A stretch of 64,000 bases of DNA from Patescibacteria group bacterium (GTDB lineage Bacteria > Patescibacteriota > JACPGU01), in contig JAKLDG010000001.1 of the NCBI GenBank assembly GCA_022703645.1, positions 338,814 through 402,813 of the forward strand, written 5' to 3'. The notes under the pieces are model-generated. The model worked only from the letters and a program-made list of their open reading frames with translations. It did not search any database and was not told the origin of the DNA. Positions 34,525 to 42,919 of this stretch are shown one piece after another. Position 1 is the first letter of the stretch; each line of letters begins with the position of its first letter. Made by a program: the position numbers and the translations under genes.

Positions 34525-35982
34525 TTGAAAATGCCACTTTCTAAACTTAGAAAACACTTTGCGCAGTTTTGGCCGCATGAGGTGGTTATAGCGATTTTTC
34601 TGCTTGCGATTCTTATGGTTATCACTTTTCGTGACAAAGGATGCAATCAGTCTCCTCGGGAGCAAAAAGTGATTCTACCGCGGTATTTTACCTCGGACTA
34701 TCCGGTTAAGTTCAGCAAAGAGAATTTGATTGCCGGGGCTATCAAAACTTACGATCCGATTATTTTCAATGTAAAAAGAAATGGCGGGCCGCAGGCAATG
34801 ATGGAACGAATCGATCAATACGACTTGGCTATTAATGCTGCAGCCAACAAACACGGCGTCGATGCGCTGACGCTTAAAGGAATTATTTATCTTGAAAGCG
34901 GCGGGGATATTTACGCGCTTTCCGGGTCATCTTGCGCAGGAATTGCGCAGTTTTCTCCCTCCACGGCACGCGGATACGGACTGAAAGTGGCGGGAAACTG
35001 GTATCGATTTTACCTCCGGTTTAAAAAAAGCGGCGCAGATAAGGACGCCATCACGCTTTCACGCATCGATGAACGCTTTGATCCCATAAAAGCAATTGGT
35101 GCTCAAGCCGCGTACATAGCTTCCTTACAGCAAAAATATGGCGAGGTCGATTTCGCGGTTGCGGGATACCATATGGGTGGAAGCAATTTGAGTAATGTTA
35201 TCAGAGAATATCGAGCCGGTTGGCAATCACCCGAAAAAATTACTTGGGAAGATATCGTTTTTGACGCTTCTCCTTCAAAACACCCCAAGACCCATCGGCT
35301 GCTTTTCCATGAGTTGGAAGATTACTCGTGGTCCTACTATTTTCGCGTCCGCTCAGCTATGAAGGCTAGATCTCTTTGGAAAATGGACAAGGCTGTCTTT
35401 GCGCAAAAAGTAGAGCAGCTAAATAATCCAATTCGCAGAACTCAACTGGTAACTGAAACCATCTGGTATCCGGAAGAAAAAATGCCACAATATACAATGG
35501 CGCAGGTAGAGAGGTGGGCTCAGTCGGGACTTTTTGCAAAAATAGAACCCAGTGATTTTCTAAACATCCAGCTTAATAAAGTCAGCGCGCCATATCTGTC
35601 CCAGAATGCTGCCGGCGTGCTTTACCATCTTGCTGGTCAGATGAGGCAAGTAACCGGACACGGAATTACGGTAAATTCTGCTCTGCGCACATACGAAAAG
35701 CAGATACAGTTAGTTCGCCAGGGACTTTCTCCTTCGGTCTATTCATCGCATCTCTGGGGAGAAGGTATTGATATCGATCCTTACAATTCCGACAAGTTGA
35801 ACGATCAGTTGTCATGGTTTCTTGATCAGCTGAAATGGCGCGGCGATATCGTCTGGTATAGAGAAGGCAATCATTTTCACATTACTGTCGCGCCAAATGA
35901 GAAATTCGTTACCCTCGCTAGCAGAGCGATCTTGAACCTTCATGTAAAACAAGCGGAGGAATCTCGTTTCGCCAGCAAGTAA
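34525..35982 (+). CDS. bimodular peptidoglycan hydrolase: SLT-type lytic transglycosylase domain + M15 (VanY-like) peptidase domain
   Basis: SLT motifs YLESGGD...AGIAQF; C-terminal SALRTYEKQ...SSHLWGEGIDID...HFHITV (H-x-D/H-x-H Zn ligands of LAS peptidases). Confidence 0.6.
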   Translation: MKMPLSKLRKHFAQFWPHEVVIAIFLLAILMVITFRDKGCNQSPREQKVILPRYFTSDYPVKFSKENLIAGAIKTYDPIIFNVKRNGGPQAMMERIDQYDLAINAAANKHGVDALTLKGIIYLESGGDIYALSGSSCAGIAQFSPSTARGYGLKVAGNWYRFYLRFKKSGADKDAITLSRIDERFDPIKAIGAQAAYIASLQQKYGEVDFAVAGYHMGGSNLSNVIREYRAGWQSPEKITWEDIVFDASPSKHPKTHRLLFHELEDYSWSYYFRVRSAMKARSLWKMDKAVFAQKVEQLNNPIRRTQLVTETIWYPEEKMPQYTMAQVERWAQSGLFAKIEPSDFLNIQLNKVSAPYLSQNAAGVLYHLAGQMRQVTGHGITVNSALRTYEKQIQLVRQGLSPSVYSSHLWGEGIDIDPYNSDKLNDQLSWFLDQLKWRGDIVWYREGNHFHITVAPNEKFVTLASRAILNLHVKQAEESRFASK

Positions 35983-36000
35983 CCAATTCAAATTAACTCT

Positions 36001-36034
36001 TCAAGCCGTTCTGGTAAAGAACGGCTTTTTTGTT
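36001..36034 (+). terminator. rho-independent terminator (AAGCCGTTCT-ggta-AAGAACGGCTT + T6)
   Basis: 10-bp stem after 34525..35982. Confidence 0.7.
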
Positions 36035-36047
36035 TATAATTATATCC

Positions 36048-36707
36048 ATGAAATTAAAAAGATCATTTTTTAATCGCGATACAAATATAGTTGCGCAAGA
36101 GCTTCTCGGCAAAAAAATTGTCCGGGTTCTGCCTGATGGCAGTAGAATTGAGGCTATTATAACCGAAACCGAAGCTTATCATGGATTTGATGATAAAGCC
36201 TCTCACGCAAGCCGCGGTAAAACTGAAAGGAATAAAGTGATGTTCGATAAGGCAGGGTTGGTTTATGTTTATTTAATCTATGGAATGCACTATTGTTTGA
36301 ACTTTACAACAATGGGAAAAGGGTTTCCAGCAGCAGTACTGATTCGAGCTGTTGCTCTCAAAATCCCAAATCATAAATCCCAATGTCCAAACAAATCTCA
36401 AACCCGAAATTCCAAGTTTAAAAATTTAGATTTTGAAAATTATTTAAAAATTACAAAATTAAAAATTAAAAACTTAACTCAAATAAACGGTCCTGGCAGA
36501 ACCTGTAAAGCGCTCCAAATTGATAAATCTCTTTATGGCGAAGATTTGGTTGCCAGTAATCATATTTGGATCGAACCTGTAGAAACACAGATTCGTGTGT
36601 CTAAAAAAATTATCTCATCAAAACGTATAGGAGTTGATTATGCGGGTGAATGTAAGAACTGGGAATGGAATTATAAAGTAGATGCGAAAGCGATAATATT
36701 GTGCTAA
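36048..36707 (+). CDS. DNA-3-methyladenine glycosylase (Mpg/AAG family) with a low-complexity internal insertion
   Basis: FFNRDTNIVAQELLGKKIV...ETEAYHGFDDKASHASRGKTERNKVMFDKAGLVYVYLIYGMHYCLN matches Mpg family; start moved from 36030 to ATG 36048 because 36030 lies inside the terminator. Confidence 0.7.
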   Translation: MKLKRSFFNRDTNIVAQELLGKKIVRVLPDGSRIEAIITETEAYHGFDDKASHASRGKTERNKVMFDKAGLVYVYLIYGMHYCLNFTTMGKGFPAAVLIRAVALKIPNHKSQCPNKSQTRNSKFKNLDFENYLKITKLKIKNLTQINGPGRTCKALQIDKSLYGEDLVASNHIWIEPVETQIRVSKKIISSKRIGVDYAGECKNWEWNYKVDAKAIILC

Positions 36708-36739
36708 AATAAAATTATAAAAAGTAATATATTTCAAAT

Positions 36740-37165
36740 ATGAATAATGAACAAAATAATATGTCAAAACTGAATGTTTCGGAAATAAAAAAGAGGATGG
36801 CTTCAAGAGAAGGCTTTACTGAAGTTTCGGATAAGATCAAGAAATTTGGTGAGCTCGGGCTGAATATAAGAGAACATCATAGTATTTATAGTACGCCACC
36901 TGGCGATCTGATTCGTAGAATAAAATGCAAAGAAGACGAGGATAAGACTCTTGGGGAGCTAATGAGCGATGAGGAGATATTGGAACGTTTGGATTATTCG
37001 ATAAAATTTTATAATTATTTTAAAGATGATATAATTGATAACCTGCCTGATGATGTAGCTAAAGATACGGTAATGGGCGTCAGAGAAAATCTACCAAAAG
37101 ATATAGCCTACCTTCGCTCAATAGGGCGTCTTCCGGAAAAATACCGTGATTTTCTAAAAGAATAA
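36740..37165 (+). CDS. hypothetical protein
   Basis: ORF track only. Confidence 0.35.
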   Translation: MNNEQNNMSKLNVSEIKKRMASREGFTEVSDKIKKFGELGLNIREHHSIYSTPPGDLIRRIKCKEDEDKTLGELMSDEEILERLDYSIKFYNYFKDDIIDNLPDDVAKDTVMGVRENLPKDIAYLRSIGRLPEKYRDFLKE

Positions 37166-37193
37166 TATTGTTAATGTAAAAAAGGAGGGGATT

Positions 37194-37613
37194 TTGAAGA
37201 AACTTTGGAAGTGTCCGAAATGCAAAAGGGAGTTCAAAAACCAGAATCAATCACATTCTTGTGTTAAATTTCCTTTGGAAAAACATTTTAAAAATAAAGA
37301 ACTTGCCAAAGAACTATTTTTACACCTGAAAGATGAAATAGAAAAAAATATTGGCAAAGTAAAGATTGAATCTCCGCCTTGCTGCATTCACTTTGTTAGT
37401 AATTACACTTTTGGCGCGGTTTTTCCGATGAAAGATCGGATTAGAATTGATTTTAGAACTGATTTTGAAATCAAAAGTAAAAAAACATGGAAGATGGTAA
37501 AGATCTCAAAAAACCGCTATCTTTATTACCTAGATATTAAGGATAAAAAAGAAATTGACAAAGAACTTATTGGCTGGATCAAAAAAGCTTACTGGATGAA
37601 TAAAGATGAATAA
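37194..37613 (+). CDS. hypothetical protein with N-terminal zinc-ribbon-like WKCPKC...NQSHSC motif (DUF5655-like); TTG start
   Basis: AAGGAGGGG Shine-Dalgarno 5 nt upstream of TTG; motif resemblance only. Confidence 0.4.
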   Translation: MKKLWKCPKCKREFKNQNQSHSCVKFPLEKHFKNKELAKELFLHLKDEIEKNIGKVKIESPPCCIHFVSNYTFGAVFPMKDRIRIDFRTDFEIKSKKTWKMVKISKNRYLYYLDIKDKKEIDKELIGWIKKAYWMNKDE

Positions 37614-37636
37614 AATCCGCAAAAGCGGATTTTATT
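37610..37636 (+). terminator. rho-independent terminator (AAATCCGC-aaaa-GCGGATTT)
   Basis: 8-bp stem after 37194..37613. Confidence 0.55.
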
Positions 37637-37713
37637 GTCTCATTGAATATTTTTTTAATTTGACGGGATAAATGCTATAATGGATTTGATTTTAATATTA
37701 ATAAAATTTTTCT

Positions 37714-38025
37714 ATGAAAAAAATGAGCCTGTATCTGCAAGGTCTTATCAACGCGGTTTTGGCAGCGGCCTATGTCTCTCTTATAGCATTAATTATGTCT
37801 CATGGTGAGAACATTTTTGGCAAAGAGGATGGTTTTTTGGTGCCATTTATCATGCTACTTATTTTCGTTCTTTCCGCTGCTGTTATGGGAATTCTAGTCT
37901 TTGCTAAACCGATAATGTTATACATCGACGGACAGAAAAAAGATGCTGTCAAATTACTTGGTTATACTGTTGGATGGATTTCTGTAGTTATCATTATTAC
38001 TATCCTACTAAAAATTGCGATATAA
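37714..38025 (+). CDS. small membrane protein (3 TM)
   Basis: ORF track; hydrophobic. Confidence 0.4.
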   Translation: MKKMSLYLQGLINAVLAAAYVSLIALIMSHGENIFGKEDGFLVPFIMLLIFVLSAAVMGILVFAKPIMLYIDGQKKDAVKLLGYTVGWISVVIIITILLKIAI

Positions 38026-38126
38026 ATATGCGCTATTAATGTTTGCAGGGTGGTTCAATATGAAAATTTCAATAGAGTTGTATGATGCCTCTCGACAAGG
38101 TTTTCGACAAGTGATATTATGCGTTT

Positions 38127-38657
38127 ATGGAAAATAAATCAAATAAATTCGTAATTCTTTTCGCTGGCGCAGTAGGCAGTTCCAAAAGCCCGATTGCGAC
38201 TTATCTCAGTTTCAAACTTGATCTGCCGATTTTTATTCATGACGTCATCCGCACGGAAGTGAAGGAAGACTTGGGGAAAATGGACGTGAATGAATATGCA
38301 AAGCGCAGAGATGAGAGGCTGCGAGAGATTATTGCAAAAGGAGATTCTTTTATTTATGATGCGAGCGTGGATCGGTCTTGGGAGATGAGAAAAGCGCAGC
38401 TGTTGGCTGCCGGGTATAAATATTGCATTGTCAGTCTTGATCTTTCTATTTCATTTCTAGAACAATTATGTAAGATAAAAAACTATACCGAAACATTGAC
38501 AGTCATTGATAATTTTGTTTTGGAACACAATACTTTTTTGAATAGGTTTAAAGACGACGTCATAGTGCATATTACGGATGAAACTTTTCCCAGCCGTCTG
38601 AATATCGCTTATAACGCAGTGAAAAAATGGATTGACGAAAATAGTAAATTAATATAG
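38127..38657 (+). CDS. P-loop NTPase-like protein (putative small kinase)
   Basis: degenerate Walker A GAVGSSKS near N-terminus. Confidence 0.4.
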   Translation: MENKSNKFVILFAGAVGSSKSPIATYLSFKLDLPIFIHDVIRTEVKEDLGKMDVNEYAKRRDERLREIIAKGDSFIYDASVDRSWEMRKAQLLAAGYKYCIVSLDLSISFLEQLCKIKNYTETLTVIDNFVLEHNTFLNRFKDDVIVHITDETFPSRLNIAYNAVKKWIDENSKLI

Positions 38658-38680
38658 TAATATTATTAACATAAAAACAA

Positions 38681-38890
38681 ATGGTAAAAAAAGACGAAAA
38701 ATGTGAATGCCGCTGTCATCATAAAAAGATGGGCGGTGGATGGAGTGTTTACAGTTTAGGATTTATAGGCGCAGCGGTTTATTACATTGGAACCGCGGCA
38801 ACTTTTTGGATTGGAGTTTTGGGATTTTTGAAAGCGGTTGTTTGGCCGGCACTTCTGGTTTATACATTGATGCAATATATTGGAATGTAG
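38681..38890 (+). CDS. small membrane protein with CxC/HH motif
   Basis: ORF track. Confidence 0.3.
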   Translation: MVKKDEKCECRCHHKKMGGGWSVYSLGFIGAAVYYIGTAATFWIGVLGFLKAVVWPALLVYTLMQYIGM

Positions 38891-38931
38891 AAGACTAATA
38901 TTATATTAGAAATATTAGTAAAAATAAAAAT

Positions 38932-39333
38932 ATGGCAAAAGGATTTAACGCAAACATCGAGAAGGATACTCTCGAGAACTCTAATTTTCGCAAAGTGCTT
39001 TATACGGCAAAGCATTCACAATTGGTTTTGATGGCTTTAAAACCAAGCGAAGACATCGGGATGGAAGTGCATCCTGATAATGATCAGTTTTTTCGTTTTG
39101 AAGCAGGCGTAGGCAAAGCAATTATTGATGGCAATGAATATGAATTGGCAAACGGATCTGTGATCATCGTTCCAGCCGGAGCGCAGCACAATATTATAAA
39201 TACTTCTGCAACCGATGAATTGAAATTGTACACTATTTACTCTCCAGCTCACCACAAAGATAGGGTGGTCAGAGCTACAAAAGCAGAAGCTGAGGCTGAC
39301 AGTCCTGAATTTGACGGGGCAACAACCGAGTAA
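38932..39333 (+). CDS. cupin-domain protein
   Basis: cupin motifs G(x)5HxH-like (GMEVHPDND) and second motif G..IIVPAGAQHNIIN. Confidence 0.6.
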   Translation: MAKGFNANIEKDTLENSNFRKVLYTAKHSQLVLMALKPSEDIGMEVHPDNDQFFRFEAGVGKAIIDGNEYELANGSVIIVPAGAQHNIINTSATDELKLYTIYSPAHHKDRVVRATKAEAEADSPEFDGATTE

Positions 39334-39347
39334 AAAAATCATGAAAA

Positions 39348-39380
39348 ATAAAACCTCCGGAAATTTCGGAGGTTTTTCAA
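39348..39380. terminator. bidirectional terminator (AACCTCCG-gaaattt-CGGAGGTT + T-run) between convergent genes
   Basis: 8-bp stem, A-run before, T-run after. Confidence 0.65.
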
Positions 39381-39396
39381 TTTGTAAATTGAAGTT

Positions 39397-40479
39397 TTAA
39401 AGTAAATTGAGTACAGAATTGAGCGTTGATCCGATAACCAGCGACATATCAACATCTTTTATCAATCCGCCCGTACTTTTCTCGTATGAACGATAGATAG
39501 TATTGCCGCCGAAAATATGAGTGTACGGAGAATTATCAGTGATATTTCGGCGCCAGCCGGGCGAGAGTACCAAGTGTGTAACTGCGAGGTAGAGTTCCGC
39601 TACGCCCATTTCACGATACCAACGCCCGCGCATTGCTGCTGTTCCGCCGGTATCCAGCTCATCTTCCCGTGAAATTACGACGCTTCCGGAAACCAAATCC
39701 GGCTTCATTAATACTGATTCAACGCCATAATCCTGTTTGACTTTTTTAATTAATGACAGAATCTGTTCGTCAGCCTCTTTATCCATAGTGATTTTGCCTG
39801 TTTGGGATCGTGTCTTAAATTTCTTTAAGTCGAACAATATCGGCAAATTCAGCTCTTTCGCCAAGCTTGCCGCGCGCGGTATAGAACCTTTATCTGGAGC
39901 ATCAATAAATGTCGGGATCAATTCGCCCCGCAGCCGAGAAACCAGATCAAACATTGCCTTTGCGTAAGCTGGAGTCGGATCTACATTGAAAAAAACCAGA
40001 TCGATTTTTTCGGCATTTTTTCTGGTCTGATCCGAATGAACATCGCAAACTATTAGACGGTCAACCCCATTTGCTTTTAGCATCTCCATAAACCAGAGAT
40101 TGCGGTGAATCTCATGTGTTACTTCAGGATGGTCCTGTCTGCGGTAGGACATGAAAGGCATCACGACCGTGAGGCTCTCCGCTTTATATTGGCGCTTGAT
40201 AGCCCACATCAGTTGCAGCGCTTGGGTTACTAAAGGAGTGGTAGAACAGTTGACAAAAAGAACCGCGTGTCTGCCGCTAATTTTAGCCGGAGTGGCAATG
40301 CGGTCGTCCGGCTCGCCATCGCTCCAAAAACCAAAATTAATATTAGAAAGATTAAGGTCTTTTTCTCCGGGACGCGAATTATTGACATTGCGCAACACCA
40401 GATTTGCGAGGCGATTGACCCTGCCCGCGCCGCAAAAAACCACGATTTTTTCCGATCCAGCCATTTTTATACCCTCCAT
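39397..40479 (-). CDS. prs: ribose-phosphate pyrophosphokinase (PRPP synthetase) family protein, divergent and extended (360 aa)
   Basis: HAVLFVNCSTTP...VVMPFMSYRRQDH resembles Prs N-domain/flag region; PRPP-binding loop EDELDTGGTA. Confidence 0.55.
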   Translation of the reverse strand: MEGIKMAGSEKIVVFCGAGRVNRLANLVLRNVNNSRPGEKDLNLSNINFGFWSDGEPDDRIATPAKISGRHAVLFVNCSTTPLVTQALQLMWAIKRQYKAESLTVVMPFMSYRRQDHPEVTHEIHRNLWFMEMLKANGVDRLIVCDVHSDQTRKNAEKIDLVFFNVDPTPAYAKAMFDLVSRLRGELIPTFIDAPDKGSIPRAASLAKELNLPILFDLKKFKTRSQTGKITMDKEADEQILSLIKKVKQDYGVESVLMKPDLVSGSVVISREDELDTGGTAAMRGRWYREMGVAELYLAVTHLVLSPGWRRNITDNSPYTHIFGGNTIYRSYEKSTGGLIKDVDMSLVIGSTLNSVLNLL

Positions 40480-40654
40480 TTTGATTTTTTAAAAAACACG
40501 CAGAATATTCAGATTTAATAATTAAATAATAGTACAAATAAGAGTTTTTTTCAATGCCTTTTGCATTTTATTATTTATGCTATAATGAAAAAATAGATGT
40601 ATTTCTTAAAATATTATTTAACCAAGAAAAAATTTATGCCAGATTATTTGGTAT

Positions 40655-40689
40655 GATTTTTTCTTAAAAGGAGGATTTTCACGAAAGCT
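40655..40689 (+). promoter_or_regulatory. conserved 35-nt 5' leader motif GATTTTTTCTTAAAAGGAGGATTTTCACGAAAGCT (copy 1, upstream of mscL), immediately after an extended -10 (TGGTATGAT)
   Basis: 32/35 identical to 59302..59335 upstream of nusA; both directly downstream of -10 boxes. Confidence 0.5.
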
Positions 40690-40723
40690 TACGGAGAATA
40701 AAACTGAAATTTTTTTCTCAAAA

Positions 40724-41056
40724 GTGGGAGTGGAATTACGACGGGTGGAAGGTTTTATTAATTTTATTAAAGAGCAGGGGGTTGTCGGGTTAGCTGTTGG
40801 TTTTATTCTCGGCGGCGCAGTATCAAAAGTTGTTTCGGCTCTCGTAACAGATATTATTAATCCATTTATTGGGTTAGGGCTCGGTGCGGTAGGGGATATT
40901 AAATCCGCTTCTTTTTCCGTAGGTTCGGCTACGATTCTTTATGGAGATATGATTGGCGTGGTTATTGATTTTCTTGTAATCGCGCTCGTTGTGTATTTTG
41001 GAGTTAAGATATTTCGCTTTGACAAGCATGATAAAAAGCCGGTTAAGGCAAAGTAA
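40724..41056 (+). CDS. mscL: large-conductance mechanosensitive channel (GTG start)
   Basis: GFINFIKEQGVVGLAVGFILGGAVSKVVSALVTDIINPFIG closely matches MscL TM1 region. Confidence 0.8.
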   Translation: MGVELRRVEGFINFIKEQGVVGLAVGFILGGAVSKVVSALVTDIINPFIGLGLGAVGDIKSASFSVGSATILYGDMIGVVIDFLVIALVVYFGVKIFRFDKHDKKPVKAK

Positions 41057-41084
41057 TTTTGTGTTATACTTATTATATTAAACC

Positions 41085-42788
41085 ATGACTCAAGCTGATG
41101 CTCTCAAAATTTTGAAATCCGGAGCTAATGTTTTTATTACCGGAGAACCGGGATCTGGGAAGACTTACACGATTAACCAATATGTGGCATATCTGCGTTC
41201 TCACGGAATTGAACCGGCGATCACTGCTTCAACCGGAATTGCTGCTACGCATATTGGTGGGATGACAATTCATTCCTGGTCTGGTATTGGAATCAAAAAT
41301 CATCTAAGCAAATCGGATTTTCATAACATTATCACGAACGATTATATCGAGAAAAGAGTGGGGGAGGCCAAAGTCTTGATTATTGATGAGATATCCATGC
41401 TCCCTCCCGAAACTTTACAAATGGTAGACGCGATTTGTCGTGGGGTTAAGAAAAACCAAGCTCCATTTGGCGGTATGCAGGTGGTTCTGGTAGGAGATTT
41501 TTTTCAGCTTCCGCCTATCAAAAAAAATGAGTTTAGTGGATATTTACAGGATAACCTTTTTGACGAAGGAGCGCCCGCGCGCTTTGCATATGATTCACGC
41601 ACCTGGCGCGATATGGAATTTATCGCTTGCTATATTGATGAGCAGTACCGTCAGGATGATTTTGAACTTGTTAATCTTTTATCGAAAATCCGTTCCAATT
41701 CTTTTGGAGTTAATGAGTTAGCTCTTATTCAAAGACGACGGGTAGATGCGGTAAAGGCTCCTGATCATGCGCCAAAACTATTTTCGCATAATATCGATGT
41801 GGACACTGTTAATAATCAGATGTTAGAAAAAATTCGCGAGCCAAAACAGAGCTTTCCCATGATTACAAAAGGTCATGAAGCGCTGGTTGCCATAATGAAA
41901 AAAGGTTGTTTATCACCGGAAAATCTGGAATTAAAAATCGGCGCTGCCGTCATGTTTACCAGAAATAATCCGAAAGACGGATATGTAAATGGAACTTTGG
42001 GAGTAGTTGATTCATTCAACCATGATAATGGAATGCCGATTGTAAAATTGAGAAACGGACGTAAAATCGAAGTTTCTTACGCGGATTGGACGGTTGAGGA
42101 AGATGGTAAAGTGAAAGGACGCCTCACACAGATTCCTCTAAGGTTAGCTTGGGCGATAACGGTGCATAAAAGCCAGGGGATTTCGCTCGATGAAGCGGTT
42201 ATTGATCTTTCGAGCGTATTTGAATTCGGCCAAGGGTATGTGGCATTATCACGTGTGCGCAGATTACGCGGAATCTACATTCTAGGATGGAATGATAAAT
42301 CCTTTCAAGTTGACCCTGAAGTACTGAAAAAAGATCAAGAGTTTCGACGCGACTCAAAAGAAGCCGAAGCTTTTTTCTCGCGTTTTTCCGAGCAAGAGTT
42401 AGTAAAAACACAGAATGATTTCATTATATTTTGTGGCGGTGCAATAAATACCGAAGACGTCATTCCAAAGAAAAAAGGTAAAAAAACGCATACGATTAAC
42501 GAAACATTGAAGCTTTGGAAGGAAGGGAAGGGGATTACCCAAATTGCCGAAATCCGCGCCTTGAGTGAAAATACTGTTTTTTCACATATTGAAAGATTGG
42601 TTGAGAAAGGAAAAGTGGAACGCAAGGAACTAATGCGTCTTGCAAGCACAGACCTGAAACGCGCGCTGCCAAAAATTGAAAAGGCTTTTAAAGATTTAAA
42701 AACTAGAAAGCTAACTCCGGTTTTTGAGTATTTTAAGGGCAGACATTCTTATGACGATTTGAGATTAGCACGAATGATAAATAGTTAA
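41085..42788 (+). CDS. PIF1/RecD-like ATP-dependent DNA helicase with C-terminal HTH domain
   Basis: Walker A GEPGSGKTYT, DEISML, VLVGDFFQLPPI, motif V AITVHKSQG; C-terminal HTH. Confidence 0.8.
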   Translation: MTQADALKILKSGANVFITGEPGSGKTYTINQYVAYLRSHGIEPAITASTGIAATHIGGMTIHSWSGIGIKNHLSKSDFHNIITNDYIEKRVGEAKVLIIDEISMLPPETLQMVDAICRGVKKNQAPFGGMQVVLVGDFFQLPPIKKNEFSGYLQDNLFDEGAPARFAYDSRTWRDMEFIACYIDEQYRQDDFELVNLLSKIRSNSFGVNELALIQRRRVDAVKAPDHAPKLFSHNIDVDTVNNQMLEKIREPKQSFPMITKGHEALVAIMKKGCLSPENLELKIGAAVMFTRNNPKDGYVNGTLGVVDSFNHDNGMPIVKLRNGRKIEVSYADWTVEEDGKVKGRLTQIPLRLAWAITVHKSQGISLDEAVIDLSSVFEFGQGYVALSRVRRLRGIYILGWNDKSFQVDPEVLKKDQEFRRDSKEAEAFFSRFSEQELVKTQNDFIIFCGGAINTEDVIPKKKGKKTHTINETLKLWKEGKGITQIAEIRALSENTVFSHIERLVEKGKVERKELMRLASTDLKRALPKIEKAFKDLKTRKLTPVFEYFKGRHSYDDLRLARMINS

Positions 42789-42919
42789 TATTTTATCGAA
42801 CTGAAAAAAACAAAAAATAAGATATAAAGTACCTTGTTTATATTTCAATTTATAGTATATTTTAATAGACCGATATTTAACTGTGGATATCTTTATTTTC
42901 GTATAGATAAAAAGCCCTC

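Noticed and set aside
40669-40705. A tiny upstream ORF initiated after the strong AAGGAGG in the conserved leader motif
   Set aside because: There is no AUG/GUG/UUG at appropriate spacing. The two motif copies would be read in different frames relative to the conserved ACGAAAGCT. Conservation is therefore at nucleotide level, not coding.
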